Assembly: GCA_964252355.1 (NCBI GenBank)
Contig: CAXUNV010000003.1
Span: 1 to 42,392 of the forward strand
DNA: 42,392 nt
DNA from: an uncultured Chthoniobacterales bacterium
GTDB lineage: Bacteria > Verrucomicrobiota > Verrucomicrobiia > Chthoniobacterales > JAFAMB01
Direction of reading: 5' to 3'
Position 1 is the first letter of the stretch. Each line of letters starts with the position of its first letter. The position numbers and the translations under genes were made by a program. The notes beneath the pieces were generated by a model. It did no database searches and was not told the DNA's origin. It was given only the letters and a program-made list of their open reading frames with translations. Positions 1 to 8,756 of the stretch are shown one piece after another.

Positions 1-215
1 GTAAGACCCCACGCCCCGGCATGGCCGCCGCGCGCCCAGAACGCGACAGTATAAATAGAAAGCGCTCTAAGAAGCGAACTGATCCTGGGCCAAGCGCCAA
101 GCGGGCGCCCTCATACCGCAGCCGGTGGTGGCGGGAACGGCGGCGATTCGGTATCCTGAGCACGCAACGGCCATTTTTGCCGTCTCCAGGGCCGCATCGG
201 CTAGATCCCGGCGGA

Positions 216-607
216 TCAGCGCGCGCAAACCCTCCGGCTGGTCGCGTGCGCACGCACCTTACGCAGCGATAGCCACTGCTGCCATCCCATGTTCGGAGCC
301 CTAGAGTAACACTCGTCCCGACTTGATAACGGAAGCCAAAATTTGGCGAACAAGCCTTCCAGATCGCCAAAAGCGGGCGAACCCGGGTGGGCTTTGTGGC
401 AGGTGCGACGTCCGTCCTGCTTGCGTTCCAGCAACCCGCTGCGGGTGGGAGCGTCGAGTTCCCCCTCTGCAAGCGGGAGGGTGCGGAGCCGAGGTGGAAG
501 GGCAACTCGGTGAGGCACCACCATCTGCCGGGTCGAAGCAAGGTGGCCGCCAAGATGCGCTCACGGACGGCAGGAAAGAGCGCGTCGAGGATCTTAAGCT
601 TACGCAT
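216..607 (-). pseudogene. Frameshifted winged-helix (ArsR/MarR-like) DNA-binding regulator remnant, of the kind that partners with or is fused to nucleotidyltransferase domains
   Basis: The minus-strand ATG at 605-607 opens MRKLKILDALFPAVRERILAATLLRPGRWWCLTELPFHLGSAPSRLQR. The expected wHTH continuation, ELDAPTRSGLLERKQDGRRTCHKAHPGSPAFGDLEGLFAKF, lies in another frame (track ORF 216..524). The frames switch at a C5 (G5 on the minus strand) run at 461-465. Sequence downstream of about 340 has no recognisable domain. Confidence 0.4.
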
Positions 608-800
608 CCTGCGCGGTTATTCACGCAAATCACGTGATTCGCCACCGGTTTTGGATTGGCGCGCAGCCCCGGGTACAGCGCTTCTGCCGTGCCCCGGCGT
701 TCCAAGGGCTTACCTTTCGTGAACGGCGTCTTGACCGCGCGTGGACGTCCGCTGGGGAGACTTAGCCGGGGCTGGCCGTTTCTAAACGTCGCATGGCGGG

Positions 801-889
801 TCCGCGGCTTGCACCGCGGAAAACAGACCCCCGGCCCGCGCACTGATTCCATCGGTTTGGCTACAGTCCGAGCCTCGGTTGCCGATGGA
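801..889 (+). promoter_or_regulatory. Structured 5' leader upstream of the ABC transporter gene (two perfect hairpins); class unknown
   Basis: Hairpin 1 is tccgcgg(801-807)/ccgcgga(814-820) with a 6-nt loop. Hairpin 2 is tccatcgg(848-855)/ccgatgga(882-889), enclosing an inner ccga/tcgg stem. Both lie 75-165 nt upstream of the ATG at 965. Confidence 0.2.
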
Positions 890-964
890 GGGCGTTAACA
901 CTCGAATGATGAACGGAACCTTCGCGGATGTCGGGCGCGATAGGGACCTGATCGCCCCTGGCGC

Positions 965-2758
965 ATGACCCAGCGGCAATTGATCGGTGAGGCTTGGCGT
1001 CTGGCCAAACCGTACTGGACAAGCGAGGAGCGTCGCGTCGCGTGGGGGTTGCTCCTGGCCGTGGTCAGCCTGAACCTCGGCAACGTCTACGTCAGTGTCC
1101 GGATCAACGAATGGAACAAGGCGTTCTACAACGCGTTCCAAAGCTTCAGCACCGCCGAGCTCTTTCGCCAATTTGGCCTCTTCTGCCTCTTGGTGTGTTT
1201 GGCCAGCTCCACGTCCGTCTACGCGGTCTATCTGAACCAGATGCTCTACCTGCGTTGGCGGCGCTGGCTGACGCGCAAACACCTTGACGCATGGCTTGAT
1301 CACCGCGCCTACTATCAACTGCAGCTTTCCGATGCGACGGACAACCCCGACCAACGGATCTCCGAAGACATTGGCCAATTTACAGCCTACTTGATGAGCC
1401 TGTCGGTCGGCCTCATTTCCTCGGTGGCTTCGTTTGCGTCTTTCCTCACAATCCTTTGGAACCTCTCTGGAGCCGCCGCCATCCCGCTCGGACCCGCCGC
1501 GGGCCTCCGCATCCCTGGCTTTCTGGTCTGGGCGGCTCTGCTCTACGCCGGAGTCGGCACCTGGGTGACGCTCCGGATCGGCAGACCGCTGGTGGCGTTG
1601 AACTTCGATCGACAGCGCTGCGAAGCCGACTTCCGTTTCAGCCTCATGCGTCTGCGGGAAAACGCGGAGCGGGTGGCAAGCTACGGCGGTGAGCAGGTTG
1701 AACTCGGCGTCTTCCAGGACCGGTACCAGAAGATCTTGGACAACTTTTGGCAGATCATGGCGCGGCAAAGGATCCTCGGATGGTTCACCTCTGGCTATGC
1801 CCAGGCGGCGCCGATCGTTCCGATGATGCTCATCGCCCCGCACTACTTTGCCAAGGCAATCACCTTGGGCGGCTTAATGCAGGTCGCTAACGCTTTCTCC
1901 AACGTCCATACCTCGCTTTCTTTTCTCATCAGCAGCTACCCCGACATTGCTGCTTTGCAGGCCGTGACCGGACGCCTCAGCGGTTTCGACCGACGTTTGC
2001 GGATTCTTCGTGAGCAAAGCGGTCCGCCTCCGCAGACCCTTATTCGGCGGGTCGGAGGCACCAATGGCATCGTGATCCAAGGTTTGGACGTCGACTTGCC
2101 GGCGGGCACGGCGCTCCTGCGGCGGGTCTCCTTTGCAGCCGCTCCCGGAGAGGCCGTCTTGATCGCCGGCCCGACCGGGATTGGGAAGAGCACGCTGCTG
2201 CGGGCCATCACGGGCCTGTGGCCATACTGCCGAGGGGGAATCGAGCTCGGGCCCGGTCCAATCCTCTTTGTGCCCCAGGCGCCTTACGTCCCGTTGGGGA
2301 CCCTTGCCGCTACGCTCCTTTACCCGTTAGGGGTCCCGGTGCCGGCCGCGCGCCTCAGCGCCGCGCTCGAGGAGGTCGGGCTGGGCGCGCTGACGAAAGA
2401 GCTTCATCATGACCAGAACTGGTCTGGGCGCCTCTCGATGGGTGAACAGCAACGTTTGGCTTTCGCTCGCATCCTCCTAGCGAAGCCGGCGATCGTGTTT
2501 TTGGACGAAGCCACGTCGGCGCTGGATAGCCGGGCCGAAGCGCAACTCTACGGCCTTTTGCGGGATGCGCCCTGGCACCCCACCCTGCTGAGTACCAGTC
2601 ACCGGCCCGCGCTGCGCCCGCTCCATGACAAAGTTTTGGATCTCGCCGCGTTCGGCCCGTCCGCGATGCAATCTGCCGCGGAAGACGAGCAGTTCGCCAA
2701 GCTCACGATCATTCCAGGCCCGCTTTCGGATCCCGGCGCGGCGGTGTTGCGAGCTTAA
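965..2758 (+). CDS. Fused ABC transporter permease/ATP-binding protein, YddA / SbmA-BacA-like (ABCD-like half transporter)
   Basis: 597 aa. The N-terminal half is multi-TM (WGLLLAVVSLNLGNVYVSV..., EDIGQFT motif region). The C-terminal NBD has Walker A GPTGIGKST, signature LSMGEQQRLAFARILL and Walker B IVFLDEATSALD. Confidence 0.85.
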   Translation: MTQRQLIGEAWRLAKPYWTSEERRVAWGLLLAVVSLNLGNVYVSVRINEWNKAFYNAFQSFSTAELFRQFGLFCLLVCLASSTSVYAVYLNQMLYLRWRRWLTRKHLDAWLDHRAYYQLQLSDATDNPDQRISEDIGQFTAYLMSLSVGLISSVASFASFLTILWNLSGAAAIPLGPAAGLRIPGFLVWAALLYAGVGTWVTLRIGRPLVALNFDRQRCEADFRFSLMRLRENAERVASYGGEQVELGVFQDRYQKILDNFWQIMARQRILGWFTSGYAQAAPIVPMMLIAPHYFAKAITLGGLMQVANAFSNVHTSLSFLISSYPDIAALQAVTGRLSGFDRRLRILREQSGPPPQTLIRRVGGTNGIVIQGLDVDLPAGTALLRRVSFAAAPGEAVLIAGPTGIGKSTLLRAITGLWPYCRGGIELGPGPILFVPQAPYVPLGTLAATLLYPLGVPVPAARLSAALEEVGLGALTKELHHDQNWSGRLSMGEQQRLAFARILLAKPAIVFLDEATSALDSRAEAQLYGLLRDAPWHPTLLSTSHRPALRPLHDKVLDLAAFGPSAMQSAAEDEQFAKLTIIPGPLSDPGAAVLRA

Positions 2759-3128
2759 CCAAAGGCGCAAACTCGGCGCTGCGCGCGCGTGGCAAATGGC
2801 AAAGGCTAGATGGAAAAGCCGGCCGGGGACGCCCGCCCGCGCCCGCGGGACATCCCCGAATGAGTCCTCACGGGTGACAAGGGTAGCGCGGATGCCCCCG
2901 TCCGTACACGGGGCAGGCAGCGACCACCTTGACTCCGGCTTGACCCGGGTCGCACCTTGCCCGTTACCGGCGGGACGCCGGCGCTCCCTTGAGGCCTGCC
3001 CAGTTCCGAGACGGGCGGGACGCCCGCGCTCCCCTGAGATGCCCGTAAGTCTCCGGGGTCAGTGCGGATCGGCTTTATTTAGGACCGGCCATCTGGTACC
3101 AGCATGCAAGCCTTCTCCCCCCTCAGGC

Positions 3129-5063
3129 ATGAAACCGTTCCGCTCACGCTCATTCCTGCTCCTTTCTTTTGCACTGCTGTCGCTTGGAGTGTCCCCCACC
3201 CGCGCCGACGCGTGGCGGCCGGTCGGGGACAACCTCAAGACGGGGTGGGCGGCGCAGGTGGACCCCGACCGCGTCCTCCCGGAGTACCCCCGGCCGGAGC
3301 TGGCGCGGCCCGATTGGCAGAACCTCAACAGCTTGTGGGACTACGCGATCACCGACGCGGCGGCGGCCGAACCGACCTCGTGGGATGGCAAGATCCTGGT
3401 CCCGTTCTGCGTCGAGTCGTCGTTGAGCGGCGTCGGGCGGCGGATCAGCGGCTCACAAAGTTTGTGGTACCGCCGCGAGTTCAGCGCGAAACGCCCGCCC
3501 GACGGGGGACACTTGCTGTTGCACTTCGGTGCCTGTGATTGGCGCACGACGGTTTTTTTGAACGGGGTTCCCGTGGGCGAACACGCGGGCGGCTACGATC
3601 CGTTCACCTTTGACCTCACGCCTTACCTGCGAGACGGCGGCACGCAGACCCTCACGGTGCAAGTCTCCGACGCGACCGATGAAGAAGCGAGCGATCAACC
3701 CCGCGGCAAGCAATCGCTCCGGGCCGGTGACCCGGGTTACTTTTTCGGGGTCATCACCTACACGCCGGCGACCGGCATCTGGCAAACGGTTTGGTTGGAA
3801 GAGGTATCTAACGTTTTCGTCGAACGTTTGGAAATTAAACCCGACCTGGAGGGTGGCACGGTTGAGGTTACGGCGGTGACCCCTGACGGTTCCGGGCCGG
3901 TGACCGTCGACGCCTTCGCACCAACCGACGCGACTGGCGAGAAGGGTGATGCCCCGCCGGTAGCGCACGGGACCGGGGTGGCCAACGCGCCGGTGCGGTT
4001 GTCCGTGCCGGGTGTGCAGGCGTGGAGCCCCGACCATCCCGCGCTCTACCACCTTGAGGTCACCTGCGGCCCGGACCGGGTCCGGAGTTATTTTGGGTTT
4101 CGCACGATCGAACGGAGGAAGGGCCCGGACGGAACCGAGCGCGTGTTTTTAAACGGCCGGCCGGTGTTTCTCTACGGCCCGCTCGACCAGGGTTTTTGGC
4201 CAGACGGGGTTTACACCGCCCCGACCGATGAGGCACTGCAAAAAGACTTGGATCTGGAGAAGGCCTATGGGTTCAACTGCGTGCGCAAGCACATCAAAGT
4301 CGAACCGTCACGCTGGTACTACTGGGCCGACCGGAAAGGCCTGCTAGTCTGGCAGGATTTCCCCGCCGTCGGACCGGTGCTGCGGGACGTCGACACCAAA
4401 GGTAAGCCGGATTTCCAAAGGTCGCCGGCGGCCAAGGCGCAAATTGAAGGCGAAATGCACCGCATGGTCGAGAACCTTTCGTGTCACCCGTCCGTGGTCG
4501 TTTGGACGGTGTTCAACGAGGCTTGGGGACAGTACGACACCGGACGCGTCAGCGGGCTGTTTCGGCGTTGGGACCGTAGCCGGTTAGTGGACGAGGCGAG
4601 CGGTTGGAATGACCGCGGCGGCGGCGACTTCTTAGACGAACACGATTACGGCCCGCCGGCGCGAGATGCGCGTGGTAACGGCCCGTTTGGCAGCATGCAG
4701 AAATCCGACCGGGCCGTCGTGCTCGGCGAGTTTGGGGGTCGAGGACTGAACAACGCAGCTTTGGGTCAGCCCGAAATCAAAGACCATCTGTGGAAGGCCA
4801 AGGAACGCTGGGCTTATGAGCAACTGCCGAGCCGAGACGCGTTGACGAAGGCCGTCCTGGCGGCGATCGCACGCACCGATGCGCTCGCCCGCGAGGGCTT
4901 GAGCGGGGCGATTTATACGCAGCTGACCGACGTGGAGGGCGAGGTCAACGGGTTGGTAACTTATGACCGCGCGGTGGCCAAGGTGGCACCGGAGGCGGTG
5001 CGCGGCGCGATCCAAGCGACGATCCGGGACGGCAGTGTCGAGCGCGCGGCACCGGGTCAATGA
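3129..5063 (+). CDS. Secreted glycoside hydrolase family 2 (beta-galactosidase/beta-mannosidase/glucuronidase-like)
   Basis: The in-frame ATG at 3129 gives the signal peptide MKPFRSRSFLLLSFALLSLGVSPTRADA. Next comes a GH2 sugar-binding-like N-domain (WYRREF..., GACDWRTTVFLNGVPVGEHAGGYDPFTFDLT). The TIM-barrel region carries FNEAWGQ (acid/base-type NE) and VLGEFGG (nucleophile-type E). The 168 aa upstream of this ATG in the ORF are Arg/Pro-rich junk. Confidence 0.8.
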   Translation: MKPFRSRSFLLLSFALLSLGVSPTRADAWRPVGDNLKTGWAAQVDPDRVLPEYPRPELARPDWQNLNSLWDYAITDAAAAEPTSWDGKILVPFCVESSLSGVGRRISGSQSLWYRREFSAKRPPDGGHLLLHFGACDWRTTVFLNGVPVGEHAGGYDPFTFDLTPYLRDGGTQTLTVQVSDATDEEASDQPRGKQSLRAGDPGYFFGVITYTPATGIWQTVWLEEVSNVFVERLEIKPDLEGGTVEVTAVTPDGSGPVTVDAFAPTDATGEKGDAPPVAHGTGVANAPVRLSVPGVQAWSPDHPALYHLEVTCGPDRVRSYFGFRTIERRKGPDGTERVFLNGRPVFLYGPLDQGFWPDGVYTAPTDEALQKDLDLEKAYGFNCVRKHIKVEPSRWYYWADRKGLLVWQDFPAVGPVLRDVDTKGKPDFQRSPAAKAQIEGEMHRMVENLSCHPSVVVWTVFNEAWGQYDTGRVSGLFRRWDRSRLVDEASGWNDRGGGDFLDEHDYGPPARDARGNGPFGSMQKSDRAVVLGEFGGRGLNNAALGQPEIKDHLWKAKERWAYEQLPSRDALTKAVLAAIARTDALAREGLSGAIYTQLTDVEGEVNGLVTYDRAVAKVAPEAVRGAIQATIRDGSVERAAPGQ

Positions 5064-6410
5064 GTGTCGTTTTTGGGGAAGGCGCTGGCGCGGCGGTGCC
5101 TCCTCTCGAGACCACGGTGGGGCCAAGCCGCCCCTCTAACATCACGCCTTCTGCCCGTGAAGAACCAGAATCTTGATTTGACGGAACGTGCCGATTTCCT
5201 CTTTGCCACCGGGGTGGAGAACAGCCACCCAACCGTCCAGAACGGCAGGGTACGGGTTGATGAAATGGAGAAATGCGGGCATTACAAGCGTTGGCGCGAC
5301 GACTTCGATTGCGTCCAGGACCTTTCTTTACGCTTCCTGCGCTACGGCCCGCCGTTGCACCGGACCCACCTGGGTCCGGACCGTTTCGACTGGGCGTTCG
5401 CGGACGAGACGTTCGCAGAGCTCCGCCGGCGGCAAATCACCCCGATCGTCGACCTCTGCCATTTTGGGGTACCCGATTGGGTAGGCAACTTTCAAAACCC
5501 GGACTTTCCGGCGCTCTTCGGGCGTTACGCAGGCGAATTCGCGCGCCGTTTTCCGTGGGTGCAGCTCTACACGCCCGTGAACGAGATGTACATCTGCGCG
5601 CTTTTCTCAGCGCGCTACGGCTGGTGGAACGAGCAGTTGCAAAACGACCAGAGCTTCGTCACGGCGTTGAAGCACATCGTGAAAGCCAACGTCATGGCCA
5701 TGCACGCCATCCTCCAGGTCCGGCGAGACGCGTTGTTCATCCAGAGCGAGTCGAGCGAATACTTCCACGCCGAGGACCCGTTGGCGATCAAGCCGGCGGA
5801 GATCCGGAACGCCGAACGATTTCTCTCCCTCGACCTAAACTACGGACGACGGGTCGACAGCGAGATGTACGAGTTCCTGCGCGACAACGGCATGACCCGC
5901 GAAGAGTACCACTGGTTTTTGGAGAACGATTGCCGGCACCATTGCATCATGGGCAACGACTATTATGTGACTAACGAACACCGGGTTTCGCATCCCGAGA
6001 CCGTGGCTCCTGCCGGGGAGGTGTTCGGTTATTGTGAGATCACGCGGGAGTACTACCGGCGTTACCGGCTCCCGGTGATGCACACCGAGACGAACTTCGC
6101 GGAAGGTCCAAAGGGCGATGAGGCCGTCCAGTGGCTTTGGAAAGAGTGGGCCAACGTGTTACGCCTGCGCAACGGCGGGGTGCCCATCGTCGGGTTCACC
6201 TGGTACTCGATCACCGACCAAGTCGGGTGGGAAACTCAACTGCGCGACAACAGCAGCACGGTCAACCCGGTCGGCCTTTATGACCTCGACCGGCGGCGCC
6301 GCCCGGTCGGGGATGCCTACCGCAAATTGGTTGAGAACTGGTCCCGGGTGTTGCCGACCCAGAGCCTTTGCCTAACCATGCCGTTGAACGAGGTCGGGCC
6401 GCTGGTTTAA
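5064..6410 (+). CDS. Glycoside hydrolase family 1-like protein (cytoplasmic; start uncertain)
   Basis: FATGVENSHPT, YTPVNEMYI (an NEP-like acid/base site) and MHTETNF (a TENG-like nucleophile site) fit the divergent GH1-like family often annotated as family 1 glycosylhydrolase. The ORF opens with GTG immediately after the GH2 stop codon. An in-frame TTG at 5178 (MTERADFLFATG...) is an equally plausible true start. Confidence 0.65.
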   Translation: MSFLGKALARRCLLSRPRWGQAAPLTSRLLPVKNQNLDLTERADFLFATGVENSHPTVQNGRVRVDEMEKCGHYKRWRDDFDCVQDLSLRFLRYGPPLHRTHLGPDRFDWAFADETFAELRRRQITPIVDLCHFGVPDWVGNFQNPDFPALFGRYAGEFARRFPWVQLYTPVNEMYICALFSARYGWWNEQLQNDQSFVTALKHIVKANVMAMHAILQVRRDALFIQSESSEYFHAEDPLAIKPAEIRNAERFLSLDLNYGRRVDSEMYEFLRDNGMTREEYHWFLENDCRHHCIMGNDYYVTNEHRVSHPETVAPAGEVFGYCEITREYYRRYRLPVMHTETNFAEGPKGDEAVQWLWKEWANVLRLRNGGVPIVGFTWYSITDQVGWETQLRDNSSTVNPVGLYDLDRRRRPVGDAYRKLVENWSRVLPTQSLCLTMPLNEVGPLV

Positions 6411-6769
6411 GCAGGGACTACATTTGGCAACGTAACCTTCAGCCACGCACGATCCTCGGTCAGCACGGGCAAGCCCAGCCGAACGCCAATGCTGAGGCAC
6501 GCGCGGTCGCCCAGAGACAATCCATACGGCTTGGTCTCCTGCCACAAGCGACCTGCCGTCTCGGCGTCGTCAGCCGTAAACGGGATGACTTGAAGGCCAA
6601 GCGCCCCGACATCGGCGCGCAAGCCGTCGACGGGTACGCCGTGTGAAATCGCCTTCTGAATAACCTCAGCCCAGTTGACGCTGGAGATGACCGAGTCGGC
6701 GATGATAGCATCGACGGCCTCCCATCCTGGCTCCTGCTGCAGGTAGGCCAGCAAGGCTGAAGAGTCCAA
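6407..6769 (-). CDS. vapC: PIN-domain toxin, VapC family
   Basis: (L/M)DSSALLAYL...AEV...DRACLSIG...LPVLTEDRAW is a typical PIN acidic-residue pattern, and the gene lies immediately downstream of an AbrB-type antitoxin gene. The track start is TTG at 6769. An in-frame CTG at 6781 (MTTVLDSSALL) would overlap the antitoxin stop codon by 4 nt. Confidence 0.8.
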   Translation of the reverse strand: MDSSALLAYLQQEPGWEAVDAIIADSVISSVNWAEVIQKAISHGVPVDGLRADVGALGLQVIPFTADDAETAGRLWQETKPYGLSLGDRACLSIGVRLGLPVLTEDRAWLKVTLPNVVPA

Positions 6770-6777
6770 GACAGTTG

Positions 6778-7044
6778 TCAGCCTTTAGCCTCCGCTCTCG
6801 CCTCGTCCCGACGCTCGTGGATCAGTTCGGCAGCTAAACTTTTCCCGCCGGCCACCGACGCATAACGGACCCGTAGCCGGCGCTTTACCGACTCGGGTTT
6901 TTCAAGGATCAGTCGGTCTTCCTCGACCCGGGCTACGAGAGTGTCGCCGGATTTCAGACCCAAGGTTCGCCGCAGTTCGGAGGGGATCACCACGCGACCG
7001 TTGGACCCAAGTTGCACGTCGACACGCGGCCCGGTTTTTGCCAT
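6778..7044 (-). CDS. vapB: AbrB/SpoVT-fold antitoxin (VapB/MazE-like)
   Basis: The ATG at 7044 gives MAKTGPRVDVQLGSNGRVVIPSELRRTLGLKSGDTLVARVEEDRLILEKP, a SpoVT-AbrB looped-hinge motif. The product is 88 aa. The longer 127-aa ORF only adds a hydrophobic, Cys-rich non-protein-like extension. Confidence 0.8.
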   Translation of the reverse strand: MAKTGPRVDVQLGSNGRVVIPSELRRTLGLKSGDTLVARVEEDRLILEKPESVKRRLRVRYASVAGGKSLAAELIHERRDEARAEAKG

Positions 7045-7556
7045 GGAGGGTAAAAATATGACACAAACAAGCAAGCAGTGGCAAGCCATCAAAAATGTGC
7101 CACGCCGTCGCGCCGTGTCATACCCCAGCGCTTGACGCGTTTGGACCCGCAAGCCTGTCATGCCCGCCGGTTAGATCCGCCAAGGTTGGCCGCGGACGAG
7201 TGAACCCTCGACAGGATCCAGTCGGCCAGAACGCCAGCCTGGGGTGCAGCGTAGCGCTGCGGACAGAGGCGACCCAGGCCATCCGCGGGAAGCGCGATTC
7301 GGGTGTTGTCTCGCCCTTTCAGGGCTTGCGCCCACCCGCACCCTCACCCTGGGATTGCACCCTAGGTTCCGCATCTTGGCACCGCTCCGCGGTTACGAAC
7401 CATCCGGTGTGTTCGCTTGGCCCGTCATCGTCGGTGAGGTCTGCTGCGCCCGCTGTGCCGCCGAGCAAGCTTACGGTCGGCGCTAATGGGTAGGTGTGCC
7501 GCTGGAATGGTAGGTCGGACGCCTATCTTCCGGTGGAACGGCGCGTTTCGTCCACG

Positions 7557-8081
7557 TCAATACACGACGCAGACGAGGCTGAGGTCTCCCCTGCCCTGGC
7601 CGGGATGGCGACTGACCGGCGCGGTGCGCCCCTCACCCTGCACCCTCGGCAGCTTTTGCAGCCGTAGTACCTCAATGGCGTCAACCTGCAGGCTGCCGCC
7701 CTCGCCCGCCTCGCGCACCCAAGCCATGCGCACCTTGCCCTTGGCGCGGGTTCCGGTGACTAGGTAGGTATAGACGCCGCGGGTCACCCCGGCGGTCTCT
7801 TCGAAGGAGACGCTTTCGTCGCTCTGGAACTCTTCGGCACGGAGGTGGCCGAAGTGCCCCAGGGTAAAGGCGTCCTGTTCAAGGTAAATGCGGCAGATGG
7901 CCGGCGTGTCGCGGTCGACCTTCACACGCTGCACCGTGCACCAGCCGACGGTTGCCACGGCGCTGAGCGCCGCCGTGAGGCAGAAGAAAGAGGTGACCGC
8001 GCGCGCGGGCATCCGGCGCAGGAACCACGCGCGGCGGCGGACATGAACGGGTTGGGCGGCCATGAGCGCAACCTTAGGCAT
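7557..8081 (-). CDS. Hypothetical membrane-anchored protein
   Basis: 174-aa ORF with one N-terminal TM segment (VTSFFCLTAALSAVATVGW) followed by a small domain of plausible composition. I recognise no motif, and the C-terminal ~30 aa look like read-through. Confidence 0.35.
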   Translation of the reverse strand: MPKVALMAAQPVHVRRRAWFLRRMPARAVTSFFCLTAALSAVATVGWCTVQRVKVDRDTPAICRIYLEQDAFTLGHFGHLRAEEFQSDESVSFEETAGVTRGVYTYLVTGTRAKGKVRMAWVREAGEGGSLQVDAIEVLRLQKLPRVQGEGRTAPVSRHPGQGRGDLSLVCVVY

Positions 8082-8712
8082 GGCGGGTCAGCGCCCGCGA
8101 CGGTCGGCCGCAACGCAAGTTGCTGGATTTTGTGACGGGTGCGGGGTCGTGGAATAGGGACGGCGTTTGTGAGTCCAATGTGCGCGGGCGCCCCGCCCGC
8201 ACGTTGGTTACCTTCGTGGATCCGCATCCAGAACCCACACGACACGCCGGCGGACGGGCTAACCGGGGCGGCGACTTGGCTTGGCTTAGGGGTGCCTGGT
8301 CTAAGCCCGTTTGCGATATCCTCGTGGCAGTTGAAAGTTTCCGCCGTAACGGCTTCAAAGGCGTTCCCGCAAGGCGGCGACGTCCCACCACCGAAACGTT
8401 TGGGCGTGGCCAGCGTCAGGCGTGCCATCTTCGGTCCTGGCAGCTTCCCCTTCAAAGCGGGCTGAACTAGACCTAGGTCCGGCTCCGAGCTTCACTCCGC
8501 CAGGAAGCCGTCTGACTTAGCTCGAAGCCTCACGGCCCGAGCCCGCCCCGCGTGCGGGTCGGTCAAATGCGCAAGTCGAGGAGGCGATCCCGTCTTGGCC
8601 GTCGCGTCACGGCCGCGCTCGCGCGCACGATTGCGGCACCACCGCGGGACGCGCCCGGGCGCAACAAACATGCCACCTGCCGGCATTCCGTGGCAATACA
8701 ACGCAGCCAAAG

Positions 8713-8756
8713 GTATTTATGATAATAAGTTGTATAAATTATAAATTCATTTCTAC
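8713..8756. promoter_or_regulatory. AT-rich island; candidate promoter/UP region for the beta-helix paralogue cluster
   Basis: gtatttatgataataagttgtataaattataaattcatttcta is about 44 nt of mostly A/T in a GC-rich background. It contains several -10-like hexamers (gataat, tataaa, tataaat) and lies about 260 nt upstream of the ATG at 9014. Confidence 0.3.

Noticed and set aside
790-900. A possible cobalamin riboswitch upstream of the BacA/YddA-like transporter.
   Set aside because: Only a short cccgc-cactg-like stretch and generic hairpins are present. I could not locate the GGTG..AA..TCC element or a convincing B12 box, so I report only a structured leader of unknown class.
782-1843. A 353-aa minus-strand ORF antisense to the ABC transporter gene.
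   Set aside because: It has Arg/Gly/Pro-rich shadow-ORF composition and lies fully antisense to a gene with clear Walker and signature motifs.

The same reasoning applies to the long antisense ORFs at 9610..10428, 11782..12591, 23088..23819, 23243..23860, 28371..29231 and 39539..40390.
2625-3128. A 168-aa N-terminal extension of the GH2 ORF (the track ORF starts at 2625 and overlaps the ABC transporter 3' end).
   Set aside because: The extension is Arg/Pro/Ser-rich with no domain-like sequence. A textbook signal peptide begins at the in-frame ATG at 3129, so the extension is most likely non-coding read-through of an open frame in GC-rich DNA.
7922-8470. Overlapping ORFs of 105-177 aa on both strands in the 8.0-8.5 kb gap.
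   Set aside because: They are mutually overlapping, Arg/Pro/Gly-rich and carry no motifs. One overlaps the 5' end of the 7557..8081 ORF. I treat them as non-coding.
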